From assembly GCA_017447445.1 (NCBI GenBank), contig JAFSNK010000019.1:10079-74078 (forward strand): 64,000 bases of DNA. Reading direction: 5' to 3'. Source of the DNA: Clostridia bacterium. GTDB lineage: Bacteria > Bacillota > Clostridia > Oscillospirales > CAG-382. Below, piece after piece: positions 1 through 8,242 of the stretch; the stretch's first letter is position 1, and each line of letters begins with the position of its first letter. Under the pieces are notes generated by a model. The model was given only the letters and a program-made list of their open reading frames with translations, had not been told where the DNA came from and did no database searches. The position numbers and the translations under genes are program-made.

Positions 1-1131
1 GGCAAAGCGGATCTTCGGTTCCAGTATCCTCCAGCCGCTTTTGCGTGACATAAACAGCCCGCAGTCTTTAAGAACGTCCGCGATGTATTCGCCTATCGCG
101 GGGGCGGACGTGAGGCCCGGCGATTTGATGCCCGCCACGTTTATGAACCTGCGGCAGACCGGCGATTCGCCTATTATAAAATCCTTGTGCTCGGTGTTCG
201 CGCGCAAGCCGGCGAACGAGCGTATGTTTTCGCGGTAGTTTATCTTTCCGGTGGTCCTTCCCGCTTCCGCCGCGACGTAATTCAGCCCGTCGCGCGTGGT
301 GGAGCAATCGTCCCGCGCGGAGCCGCTTTCGGCGTTCGGACCGACGATAACGTTCCCGTCCGCCGTGGGGGCGACAAGCACGCCCTTTCCGCGCTCGGTC
401 GGGCACTGGAACACCACGCTGTTCACCAGCCCCGCCTGAGTCTTGTCCAGCAGGTAATACTGCCCCTTGGAGGGCGAGACGGTGAAATCGTATTCACCCA
501 CCATATTGGCTATTTTATCGGAATACACGCCGGCGGCGTTTATAACGTACGCCGATTCGTATTTCTTCCCGCCGGCGGTTATTTCAAAACCGCCCATCGT
601 TTTTTCTATGTTCGTGACTTCGCTGCCGAGGAAGAACTCCACGCCGTTTTCCGCCGCCGTCTCCGCCATCGCGATGCAGAGCCGCCAGGGGTTCACCACT
701 CCGGCGCTCGGAGCGTAAAGGGCGCCCTTCACCTCCGGGTTCAGGTTCGGCTCGCGCTCCAGAAGGTCTTCGCGGTTAAGAAGCTTCATCCCGCGCACGC
801 CGTTGGCGATCCCGCGTTCGTAAAGTCTGCCGATATGCTCTATATCCTTGTTGTCGAAAGCCAGCACCAGCGAACCGACCTTGCGGAACGGCACGCCCAT
901 CTGGGCGCAAAGCTCCGCGGTGATCTCGCATCCGCGCACGTTCAGCCGCGCCATAAGCGTGCCCGGCTCCGGGTCGTAGCCCGCGTGCACGATGCCGCTG
1001 TTCGCCTTGGTGGTGCCCATCGCAATATCGTTTTCCTTTTCGAAAAGACAGCACTTCAGCTCGTATTTGGAAAGATACATAGCTATCGCCGCGCCGCATA
1101 CGCCGCCGCCGATTATCGCCGCATCGTACAT
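1..1131 (-). CDS. FAD-dependent oxidoreductase, glycerol-3-phosphate-dehydrogenase-like (3' end runs off the window)
   Basis: My own minus-strand translation from the ATG (complement of 1129-1131) reads MYDAAIIGGGVCGAAIAMYLSK...GIVHAGYDPEPG...VINAAGVYSD, a GxGxxG FAD fold. The frame stays open to position 1. A GAGGTGG ribosome-binding site lies upstream. The ORF is missing from the track because it has no stop inside the window. Confidence 0.8.
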   Translation of the reverse strand, partial: MYDAAIIGGGVCGAAIAMYLSKYELKCCLFEKENDIAMGTTKANSGIVHAGYDPEPGTLMARLNVRGCEITAELCAQMGVPFRKVGSLVLAFDNKDIEHIGRLYERGIANGVRGMKLLNREDLLEREPNLNPEVKGALYAPSAGVVNPWRLCIAMAETAAENGVEFFLGSEVTNIEKTMGGFEITAGGKKYESAYVINAAGVYSDKIANMVGEYDFTVSPSKGQYYLLDKTQAGLVNSVVFQCPTERGKGVLVAPTADGNVIVGPNAESGSARDDCSTTRDGLNYVAAEAGRTTGKINYRENIRSFAGLRANTEHKDFIIGESPVCRRFINVAGIKSPGLTSAPAIGEYIADVLKDCGLFMSRKSGWRILEPKIRFA

Positions 1132-1264
1132 ATATCCACCTCTTCCGGAAGCCGCGCTCGCCGCGGTCTCCAAACGTTTTTCGCGCTTTATCTATCAAAC
1201 GCGCCATAATATTATACTATATTTTTACAAAATTGCAACCCCAAAGTTGTTTTTGCATAGAATG

Positions 1265-1801
1265 TTACTGTTCCTTGTATTCCGGCACCGGCTCGCCGCC
1301 GCCCGCGTTTCCGCCGCCGCCGCGGGCCTTGTCGATCTGGTCGCGCAGGATCTTCACGAACGCCTCGTTCGGCTCGAACTCCACCATCGTGCGCCTGCCG
1401 TTGAAATCGCACAGGAAAACATAGGAATCCGCGCGCATATTCTGGCACAGCGAATATTTGATTATCGCGCGTTCGGAGGCGGGCAGCTCGCGGTATTCTT
1501 TAACAGGCAGCAGCTTTTCGGCGGTGGCGAGCGACAGACTGCACACCACCGTGCGCCTTCGCCCGGTGATGCGCGTCACGGAAAAGCTTTCGCCGTCGAC
1601 CGCGTATTCGTATTCGCTGAGCGAATAGCGCACCATAAGCATAATGGTTATGCATATGATAAAGAACGCCGCCAGCCGCACTATCGAGCCGAACGCGGGC
1701 AGAGCGCCGGAAACGAACAGCATAACAGCCGGGATCCCGAGCCCCAGCCAGAAAATGAGCCGCGTCTGCGCGACGCTGCGCTCGGGTTTGCATTTATACA
1801 T
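1265..1801 (-). CDS. hypothetical membrane protein
   Basis: ORF 1265..1825(-). It has two hydrophobic helices (LIFWLGLGIPAVMLFVSG and LAAFFIICITIMLMV) followed by a soluble tail ending in a G-rich stretch. I prefer the ATG at 1801 over the TTG at 1825. No family recognised. Confidence 0.6.
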   Translation of the reverse strand: MYKCKPERSVAQTRLIFWLGLGIPAVMLFVSGALPAFGSIVRLAAFFIICITIMLMVRYSLSEYEYAVDGESFSVTRITGRRRTVVCSLSLATAEKLLPVKEYRELPASERAIIKYSLCQNMRADSYVFLCDFNGRRTMVEFEPNEAFVKILRDQIDKARGGGGNAGGGEPVPEYKEQ

Positions 1802-1871
1802 CGGAAACACCGTCTCCCAAAACAAGATAGCATGATTTATATTATTCTTTTACAAAACGGAGGTTTTTATT

Positions 1872-2132
1872 ATGAACGTTGACCGCGGATCCATCGACCG
1901 CATACTCGCGCTCGACGACGAAACTTTAAGGTCGCTCGCGCAGAGCATAGCGCAGGCGTCGGGCGCGGACGGAAGGCGCGCCCGCAAACTGGCGAACGAC
2001 GTGGGCTTTCTTCGCGAAAAGCTCGCGCGATTGACTCCGGAAGACGCCCGGCGGCTTGTCGAAGCGGCGGGCGAGGAAAAAAGCGCCGAGATAGCGAGAC
2101 TGCTGCGCGAACGGGGTGTGGATATTGGATAA
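1872..2132 (+). CDS. hypothetical small protein (86 aa)
   Basis: The ATG is preceded by GGAGG. Composition is protein-like, helical and charged. No family recognised. Confidence 0.55.
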   Translation: MNVDRGSIDRILALDDETLRSLAQSIAQASGADGRRARKLANDVGFLREKLARLTPEDARRLVEAAGEEKSAEIARLLRERGVDIG

Positions 2133-2457
2133 CGAGCTTTCGCAAAAGCTGCACGACCTGCTTTCCGACCCGGACGCGGCTGCCCGCATCGCGTCGGCGG
2201 CGGGGGCGCTCGCCTCCTCGGGAGTTTTGCCGCGCGGCGACCCCGTTTCTTCCTCCGCGGACGCGGGTGAGATCCCGGCGGAAGCAAAGCCCGCGCCTGC
2301 GCCCGCCGTGCAGACCGCCGCCGGGCGGGACCCGCGCGTGGCGCTGCTCTATTCGCTCAAACCCCTGCTGCGCGAGGAAAGGCGGGGCAGGATCGACGAC
2401 CTCGCCCGGGCGCTTTCGGTAATATCGCTTCTCGACGAAGCGCGGAAAAAGAGGTGA
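2116..2457 (+). CDS. hypothetical protein (113 aa)
   Basis: GTG-start ORF that overlaps the previous gene by 17 nt. It has an A/P-rich middle and a conserved-looking C-terminus (LLYSLKPLLREERRGRIDDLARAL). The start codon is uncertain. Confidence 0.5.
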   Translation: MWILDNELSQKLHDLLSDPDAAARIASAAGALASSGVLPRGDPVSSSADAGEIPAEAKPAPAPAVQTAAGRDPRVALLYSLKPLLREERRGRIDDLARALSVISLLDEARKKR

Positions 2458-2461
2458 TCGA

Positions 2462-2740
2462 ATGTATTCCCGAGATTTCGGAAACATACGCAGCGAAGGG
2501 ACTCTTTATAATCTGGAACACGGGCTTTATGAAGACCGCGGCGCGCCGGAGCCGGACCGTGCGGAGGGATACGCCGCGGAAGCCCCGCGCAAGCCGCTTG
2601 CGGGCGGAATCGTCGATACCCTGCGCGGTTTGAAGCTGGACGACCTGCTTATCATCGCCATAGGCGTGCTGCTCCTGCTCGATTCCGAGCCCGGCAACGA
2701 TATGATAATACTGCTTGTCGCCGCGCTGCTGCTGTTTTAA
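2462..2740 (+). CDS. hypothetical small membrane protein (92 aa)
   Basis: The ATG lies 4 nt after the previous stop. The C-terminus is a hydrophobic hairpin (LLIIAIGVLLLLD...MIILLVAALLLF). Confidence 0.55.
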   Translation: MYSRDFGNIRSEGTLYNLEHGLYEDRGAPEPDRAEGYAAEAPRKPLAGGIVDTLRGLKLDDLLIIAIGVLLLLDSEPGNDMIILLVAALLLF

Positions 2741-2752
2741 CGCTTTTGCCGC

Positions 2753-3142
2753 CTACTGCCCGTTTTTCGCCGTTTCCGATTCCCCGTAAAGGAAATCTAT
2801 GAACCTGTCCGCCGCGCGTCTGTCACGCGGGGAGAGGGCGCGGTATTTTTCCGCCGCGCTCGGCGCGTTCGTACCCTGCGGGCGGCGGGGCTTCAGCTCG
2901 GGCGCTTTTACGCCCGCGGCAAACATAAAATCGGCAAGGTCTATATCTCCGAACGCCTGCGCCGCCACCTTGCGTATAAGCTTGGGGCGGGGCGGGTTTT
3001 CCTGTTCGCACATCGCCAGCTTGCGCATCTGCACGTAGCTTATCCCGCTTTCCGCGGCGAACTGCCGCCACGAGCGCACGCCCTTCGCCTCGTTAAGCAG
3101 AAGGGCGAATATTTTTTTGTTCCAACGGGTGTTTTCAGCCAT
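2753..3142 (-). CDS. helix-turn-helix (XRE-like) DNA-binding protein, 129 aa
   Basis: Only the last 129 codons of track ORF 2753..3994(-) look protein-like (MAENTRWNKKIFALLLNEAKGVRSWRQFAAESGISYVQMRKLA...). The internal ATG at 3142 lies 14 nt downstream of the coaW stop. Confidence 0.7.
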   Translation of the reverse strand: MAENTRWNKKIFALLLNEAKGVRSWRQFAAESGISYVQMRKLAMCEQENPPRPKLIRKVAAQAFGDIDLADFMFAAGVKAPELKPRRPQGTNAPSAAEKYRALSPRDRRAADRFIDFLYGESETAKNGQ

Positions 3143-3156
3143 GGCAAACGCTCCTT

Positions 3157-3987
3157 TTATTTGTCCACGCGCTCCAGCGCGGCGCCGATAACGGTGCCGT
3201 AGGGCGCGCTTTCGGGGATCAGTATATTCACGCCGAACATATCCGCCAGCGTGCCGAGTATCCTGCCCGCCTGCGGTATCACCGGCAGATTGCCTATAAC
3301 GACGATATCGTTTATCCCGCGCATGCGCGCCGCGAAGACCGCCATCATACCCACTGTCTCGAACACCATATTTATAATGCCCAGCGCGATGTCTTCTTTG
3401 GAAGCGAGGTCCGAAATATTGCCGAAGTTCGAAGCCGTGGCGTTTTTGGAAAGCGTGGGGCTTATGTCGGTGTCGGTTATGTCGGAAATAAGCAGGTCGA
3501 TCTTCGAAAGGTCGCCTTTTAACGCCAGCTCCGAAATGCTCCGCGCCGAGCTCACGCCCAGCAACTTCCTGCCGAGCCCGACCAGCGTGCCGCCGCCCAC
3601 CCCGGTGCCGCCGAGGTGCAGGTATTCGCCCTTTTCGCCGTCGGCGTAGACGAACGCGGTGCCGGTGCCCATACTGACGATAACGGCTTTTTTTATGCCG
3701 CTTAAATAAAGCCCGCCGCGCCCGTTCGCGCGGAATTCGTTCACGTGCTCCGCCGGGAGGCCGTAGAGCTCGCTTCCGAGGAAGGTCGCGCCCACTCCGG
3801 TCACCATCACGCGCGAGATGGCGGAAAGCGGCACGCCGTGCTCGGCGGTGAATTTCCCGAACCCGCCGTAGACCGAGGCGATCGGGTCGTCCGCCTTCAC
3901 CATAAGCGGGTGCATAAGCCGGCCTTCGTCGAACCCCACTATTTTCGTCGTGCTTCCGCCGACATCTATTCCCACGATAATGCTCAT
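3157..3987 (-). CDS. coaW: type II pantothenate kinase
   Basis: MSIIVGIDVGGSTTKIVGF is an ASKHA phosphate-1 motif, and GTGTAFVY...LGGTGVGGGTL is also present. I use the internal ATG at 3987, which has a GGAGTG ribosome-binding site. Confidence 0.85.
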   Translation of the reverse strand: MSIIVGIDVGGSTTKIVGFDEGRLMHPLMVKADDPIASVYGGFGKFTAEHGVPLSAISRVMVTGVGATFLGSELYGLPAEHVNEFRANGRGGLYLSGIKKAVIVSMGTGTAFVYADGEKGEYLHLGGTGVGGGTLVGLGRKLLGVSSARSISELALKGDLSKIDLLISDITDTDISPTLSKNATASNFGNISDLASKEDIALGIINMVFETVGMMAVFAARMRGINDIVVIGNLPVIPQAGRILGTLADMFGVNILIPESAPYGTVIGAALERVDK

Positions 3988-4137
3988 ATAACACACTCCA
4001 AACGGTAAATTATTCCTTTCAATATACAACAGTTTAGCTTATTTATTGAAAAATGTCAAATTATTTTTTGAAAATGCTCTTTCAATCGCGGGAATTTTAT
4101 GTTATTATAGTAAAAAAGGCAGGGAAAGGCGGCGAAA

Positions 4138-5109
4138 GTGATGCTGAATACCGCGGAAAAGGCAAGATTTTCCGAAACGGCGCGCAAAGGGCTTTGCTCG
4201 CACGCGTATATCGTGGACGGCACGGCGGGTATCGGCAAATTCGAATTCGCGCTGTTCTGCGCTTCCGCACTGCTTTGCTCCGATTCGCGCATAAAGCCCT
4301 GCGGCGTCTGCCCCTCCTGCCTTAAAAACGCCCAACGGGAGCACCCGGACGTCGCGGTGATCGGCGGCGAAAAGGCGCCTTCGGTCGCCGACGTGCGCGA
4401 GCTTATACACCGCGCCTCGTTAAAGCCGAACGACGGCGAACGCCAGGTCTTCATCGTGCGGAACGCCGACAAAATGCTTGCCTCCGCGCAGAACGCGCTG
4501 TTAAAGCTTTTCGAGGAACCGCCGGAAAGCGTCGCCGTGTTCCTGCTCACCGAAAGCCGCTCCTCGCTGCTGCCCACCGTGCTCTCGCGCGGGCAGCGCA
4601 TCCATCTGGACGGTATGACGGAGCAGGAGCTTACAGCGCTGCTCAAAAACGAATTCCCCGCCAAAAGCGGACCGGAGATCGCGGAAGCCGTCGCGAAGGC
4701 GGAGGGCAATATCGGCGCCGCGCGCGGGTATCTTTCCAAAACGAGCGCCGACCTGCGCGCTTCCGCGCGGACCGTGGCGGAGCTTGCGCTTTCCCGCCGG
4801 CGCTACGAGCTGTTCGCCGCGCTGGTACAGCCCAAATACAAGCGCGAACAGCTTGCTTCGCTGCTCGGCGCGCTGCTGGAGCTTTCCGGGACCGAGCTTA
4901 AACGCAAAAGCGGCATTCCCGCCCGGGCGGAGTGCGAGCCGCTTCCCAACGCAACGAAAAAAGCGCTTGCCGCCATCGGCGAAGCGGCGCAGAACTGCCT
5001 TATGGCGCTTGAAACGAACGCAAATGTCACCGCCGCCGCGTCGAAGCTGGCGATAGAGCTTTCCGGCGTGACCGCGAGACAGACAACAGATATAAAAGGG
5101 AGAAAATAA
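4138..5109 (+). CDS. holB: DNA polymerase III delta' subunit
   Basis: HAYIVDGTAGIGK Walker-like loop, a CGVCPSC zinc module, and LLKLFEEPP...LLPTVLSRGQ. The GTG at 4138 is immediately followed by an ATG at 4141. Confidence 0.9.
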   Translation: MMLNTAEKARFSETARKGLCSHAYIVDGTAGIGKFEFALFCASALLCSDSRIKPCGVCPSCLKNAQREHPDVAVIGGEKAPSVADVRELIHRASLKPNDGERQVFIVRNADKMLASAQNALLKLFEEPPESVAVFLLTESRSSLLPTVLSRGQRIHLDGMTEQELTALLKNEFPAKSGPEIAEAVAKAEGNIGAARGYLSKTSADLRASARTVAELALSRRRYELFAALVQPKYKREQLASLLGALLELSGTELKRKSGIPARAECEPLPNATKKALAAIGEAAQNCLMALETNANVTAAASKLAIELSGVTARQTTDIKGRK

Positions 5110-6290
5110 TGGAAGAAAACAGGAACAACGATAACGCCCGCCCCGAAAACGGAAGCGGGAACGGCAATAACGGCGGCCGCAAGGGCGGCAAACCCTATTA
5201 CCACGGCGGGCACCGCAACAACCGCTACCGCGGCGGACGCGGGTTCGGGAACGACCGCAGGAACAGGCAGAACAAACCGGAGGGCGGCGCCCGCGGGGGC
5301 GCGCCGGACAAGCCGAACGGGCTTTGCGAGACGGAAACGGCTCCCGCCGCGGAGGAGATCCGTGCCGCGGAGCCCGAAGCAAAAGAGTTTTTCGCCCCGC
5401 TGCCCGGAACGGCGCCCGTGCCGGAGGAAAAAACGGTGGAGGTAATAGGCGTGCGCTTCCGCACCGGCGGCAAGGTATATTACTTCGCCCCGGGCGACAT
5501 TCAGTTCGTATCGGGCGACCACGCAATAGTGGAGACCGTGCGCGGAGTGGAATACGGCGAAGTCGCGCTGGGGAACAAGCAGGTGCGCGAATCGGAAGTC
5601 GTGTTCCCGCTTAAATCCGTTATCCGCAAGGCGACTCCGGAGGACGACCGCCGCGACGCGGAAAACCGCCGTCTGGAAGAGGAAGCCAAGCCGGTATGGT
5701 TCGAAAAGGTAGCCAAAAACGGGTTGGAAATGCAGCTCGTGGACGTTGAATACACCCACGACAACAGCAAGCTGTGCTTTTATTTCACCGCGGACGGCCG
5801 CGTGGACTTCCGCGAATTGGTAAAAGATCTTGCCGGCGTGTTCCATACCCGCATCGAGCTGCGGCAGATCGGCGTTCGCGACGAAGCAAAGCTGTTCGGC
5901 GGGCTGGGGAGCTGCGGCAGGCCCTTCTGCTGCAACACCTTCCTTCCGGATTTCGCGCAGGTCTCCATTAAAATGGCGAAGGAACAGAACCTTTCGCTCT
6001 CCTCGGCGAAAATAAGCGGCGCCTGCGGCAGACTTATGTGCTGCCTGCGCTTCGAGCAGGACACCTACGAGCGCGAATACGCCACCTTCCCCAAGGTGGA
6101 TACGATAGTCGAGACCCCCAAGGGCCGCGGCGTTATTGTGGAAAGCAGCTTTCTTACGGGCAGGATAAAAGTCCGTATGAACGACGACCAGACCGTTAAG
6201 ACCTTCGGCAAGGACGACCTTAAACCGCTCGGCGTCATCCGCGTAAAAGAAGAAGTAAGCGAAGACCTGAAGAAGCTGGAGGACAAATAG
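5109..6290 (+). CDS. ricT: PSP1-domain regulator RicT (YaaT) with an N-terminal R/G/N-rich extension
   Basis: The PSP1 core starts near aa 110 (VEVIGVRFRTGGKVYYF...). Conserved Cys clusters GSCGRPFCC and GACGRLMCCLRFE are present. The start forms a TAATG overlap with the holB stop. Confidence 0.9.
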   Translation: MEENRNNDNARPENGSGNGNNGGRKGGKPYYHGGHRNNRYRGGRGFGNDRRNRQNKPEGGARGGAPDKPNGLCETETAPAAEEIRAAEPEAKEFFAPLPGTAPVPEEKTVEVIGVRFRTGGKVYYFAPGDIQFVSGDHAIVETVRGVEYGEVALGNKQVRESEVVFPLKSVIRKATPEDDRRDAENRRLEEEAKPVWFEKVAKNGLEMQLVDVEYTHDNSKLCFYFTADGRVDFRELVKDLAGVFHTRIELRQIGVRDEAKLFGGLGSCGRPFCCNTFLPDFAQVSIKMAKEQNLSLSSAKISGACGRLMCCLRFEQDTYEREYATFPKVDTIVETPKGRGVIVESSFLTGRIKVRMNDDQTVKTFGKDDLKPLGVIRVKEEVSEDLKKLEDK

Positions 6291-6354
6291 GATGTTGCTT
6301 TTCCTGCGCGTAAAAAAGCATAATGAACACAAAAAGGTCGTCCCGGGAAATATA

Positions 6355-6383
6355 TTGACAGACTTATAAAGATGTTATATAAT
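6355..6383 (+). promoter_or_regulatory. consensus sigma-A promoter (TTGACA-17 nt-TATAAT)
   Basis: TTGACA at 6355-6360 and TATAAT at 6378-6383 with a 17-nt spacer, upstream of the low-GC lipoprotein gene. Confidence 0.65.
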
Positions 6384-6536
6384 TCTAGCGTAAAATATAA
6401 AATTAATTAAGAGGTAACGTTTATGCGCCAAAGAATATGTAGAGAACAATCCCGACGTGTATTCTACGTATTGGTGCAATAATTGCAAGGAAATTATTGC
6501 TGCCAACAAAAACAAATTTAATTGAGGTGCATAGTT

Positions 6537-8177
6537 ATGAAAAAGTATTATTATTTCCCGTTATTGTTGTGTATATTCATTTCAGCAACGTGCATATTAA
6601 ATGCATGCAGCAACGAAAAAAAGACAAATGACAATAGTACAGAAGAAATAAGTGTTGTTTCAACAAAGGATGATCCGCAAGCAAGCAGTTATATTGTTGA
6701 CAACCATAGCGAAGAGGATGACAAAAATGCATCTGACAGTTTTGAAACAGAGAATAGTGCAGAAGTAAAGGATCCGCAAGCAAGCAGTTATATTGTCGAC
6801 CACCTCAGCGAAGATGACAAGGATCCGGGAGACAGCTTTGCAATAGAAATAAAAAACGAAAACGCTATTTTTGAATACTCGCTGCAGGGTTTTATGGACA
6901 GGTTTTCTGATTTTGCGAAAGATAACGATAAAACCGCGGCATATAAGGATGTGTTTTTGTACGTCGCAAATAATAAAAACATGGATTTGATCGGCGCCCC
7001 GTTTTTTCATGTGACTTACGTACCTTCTATGACTGAATCGGGTGAAATGACCAAAGACAGCGCGTCGTTAGCATTTACATGGCGGCATAGGAATGATGAT
7101 TGCGAAATGTGTAAAAAATATTACGGTACACATTTTGGTCATGAAAGCATAAATCTTAAGATCGTTTTTAGGTTGAACGGAATAGATATAGATGGTGTAT
7201 TAACACGATCAGGGTTCGAAAAAACCGGGAAAAACGACTTGTACGTAAGTCATAAGCGGTCCGCGGACAGAGACTTGACATTCTATATATACATTTGCAG
7301 CAATCAGTACTATTTCATTTTCAGAGTAGAAGACAATATACCGAATAAACAACAAGCCGAAGAAATGTTTTATGCGCTTTGCCGTGATATCAGCGGATAT
7401 TTAAACAAATCGGATTACAGGTATATCAGCCGCGGAGACAAGCATTATATCGAGTTCGACGATTACGGCTATACCGCAAGCGGAAACGGTTCTTATGAAG
7501 CGTTCGATATGGCGGGGCTTCCTTTTAACAGCTTGTCGGAGCTGAAAGAAAAGGTTACCGGAAACGGTTTGACGGACGAAGAAAAGAATTTCATCAAAGA
7601 GCGAAAAGACCTTTTCACGGCGGACGAGAATGGAATTGCCGTATGTGATTTTGATAATCTACTGGAACCTGAAGTGCCGGAATCGCTTCTGCCGCTGGAG
7701 ATGGTCGGAGGCACGTGGGCGGGAGAACGCTATACCGCGGCATATGATTCGGGTAACGGCGTGCGCTTTTTGTTCGGATATTTTACGAAGGATATATTCG
7801 AAGCCCGCCTTGAATACGATACGCACGGCGTGATCGATTCGGCAAAGAACAGAGACGACTGCTCCGAAGTTACGTATGTCGACGGCGACGGGAATACGAC
7901 AACAACGGAATATTCGTTTGCCAAGGACGCCTCAAAGCAATACAAACACGTTGTGAAATCGGTTGCCGACGGTAAATACGACAGGACGATAGTTATAGAT
8001 TACGTCCGGGATATTGAAAAAAACGGTCGGGAAGCCGCGTATGAACCGACGCGCATGGAAATATTTATCACCGACGGCAGAAACTATATTTTTTATGAAT
8101 TCAGCGGAAAAGACGGTTTTGTTTTGCCCGGCGAATCAGAACTTCTTGATTATGGATTCAAAAAGTCCGATAATTGA
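6537..8177 (+). CDS. lipoprotein of unknown function (546 aa), low-GC gene
   Basis: The signal peptide plus lipobox reads MKKYYYFPLLLCIFISATCILNAC. A GAGGTG ribosome-binding site sits 7 nt before the ATG at 6537. An acidic tandem repeat follows the lipobox. No domain recognised. Confidence 0.8.
   Translation: MKKYYYFPLLLCIFISATCILNACSNEKKTNDNSTEEISVVSTKDDPQASSYIVDNHSEEDDKNASDSFETENSAEVKDPQASSYIVDHLSEDDKDPGDSFAIEIKNENAIFEYSLQGFMDRFSDFAKDNDKTAAYKDVFLYVANNKNMDLIGAPFFHVTYVPSMTESGEMTKDSASLAFTWRHRNDDCEMCKKYYGTHFGHESINLKIVFRLNGIDIDGVLTRSGFEKTGKNDLYVSHKRSADRDLTFYIYICSNQYYFIFRVEDNIPNKQQAEEMFYALCRDISGYLNKSDYRYISRGDKHYIEFDDYGYTASGNGSYEAFDMAGLPFNSLSELKEKVTGNGLTDEEKNFIKERKDLFTADENGIAVCDFDNLLEPEVPESLLPLEMVGGTWAGERYTAAYDSGNGVRFLFGYFTKDIFEARLEYDTHGVIDSAKNRDDCSEVTYVDGDGNTTTTEYSFAKDASKQYKHVVKSVADGKYDRTIVIDYVRDIEKNGREAAYEPTRMEIFITDGRNYIFYEFSGKDGFVLPGESELLDYGFKKSDN
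6672..6866 (+). repeat. tandem ~99-nt (33-codon) in-frame repeat inside the lipoprotein gene
   Basis: The 26-nt core gatccgcaagcaagcagttatattgt occurs at 6672-6697 and again at 6771-6796. At peptide level the units are DPQASSYIVDNHSEEDDKNASDSFE and DPQASSYIVDHLSEDDKDPGDSFA. Confidence 0.85.
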
Positions 8178-8187
8178 AAACAAACCG

Positions 8188-8216
8188 AAAAAAGCCCGCT
8201 CGCCGCGCGCTTTTTT
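8188..8216. terminator. bidirectional hairpin terminator between convergent genes
   Basis: AAAAAAGCCCGC-tcgcc-GCGCGCTTTTTT, with an A-run and a T-run flanking a GC stem that has one mismatch. Confidence 0.6.
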
Positions 8217-8242
8217 CGCGCATTCATTTCGCGCGGTCAAAT

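Noticed and set aside
187-1209. 340-aa plus-strand ORF, plus neighbours 68..406(-), 776..1207(-) and 992..1882(+), covering the first 1.2 kb.
   Set aside because: The products are rich in R, A, G and H and look nonsensical. They lie antisense or out of frame to a clean FAD-oxidoreductase reading frame that I translated on the minus strand, so they are high-GC shadow ORFs.
2753-3994. 413-aa minus-strand ORF spanning the HTH gene and the coaW region.
   Set aside because: Only the last 129 codons are protein-like. The upstream part is an out-of-frame read-through of coaW with arginine-rich junk, so I call only 2753..3142.
4803-6332. 509-aa minus-strand ORF opposite holB and ricT. It stands for the same class of long antisense ORFs: 8174..9445(+), 11611..12792(+), 14777..16516(-), 17218..18486(-), 20208..21440(-), 27277..28488(-), 29900..31453(-), 34208..35638(-), 36026..37120(-), 37241..38713(-), 39017..40024(+), 49575..50954(-) and 56501..57391(+).
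   Set aside because: Each lies opposite a gene with unmistakable family motifs. Each has skewed R/A/G/H/V composition and no ribosome-binding site. These are the expected stop-codon-poor antisense frames of high-GC DNA.
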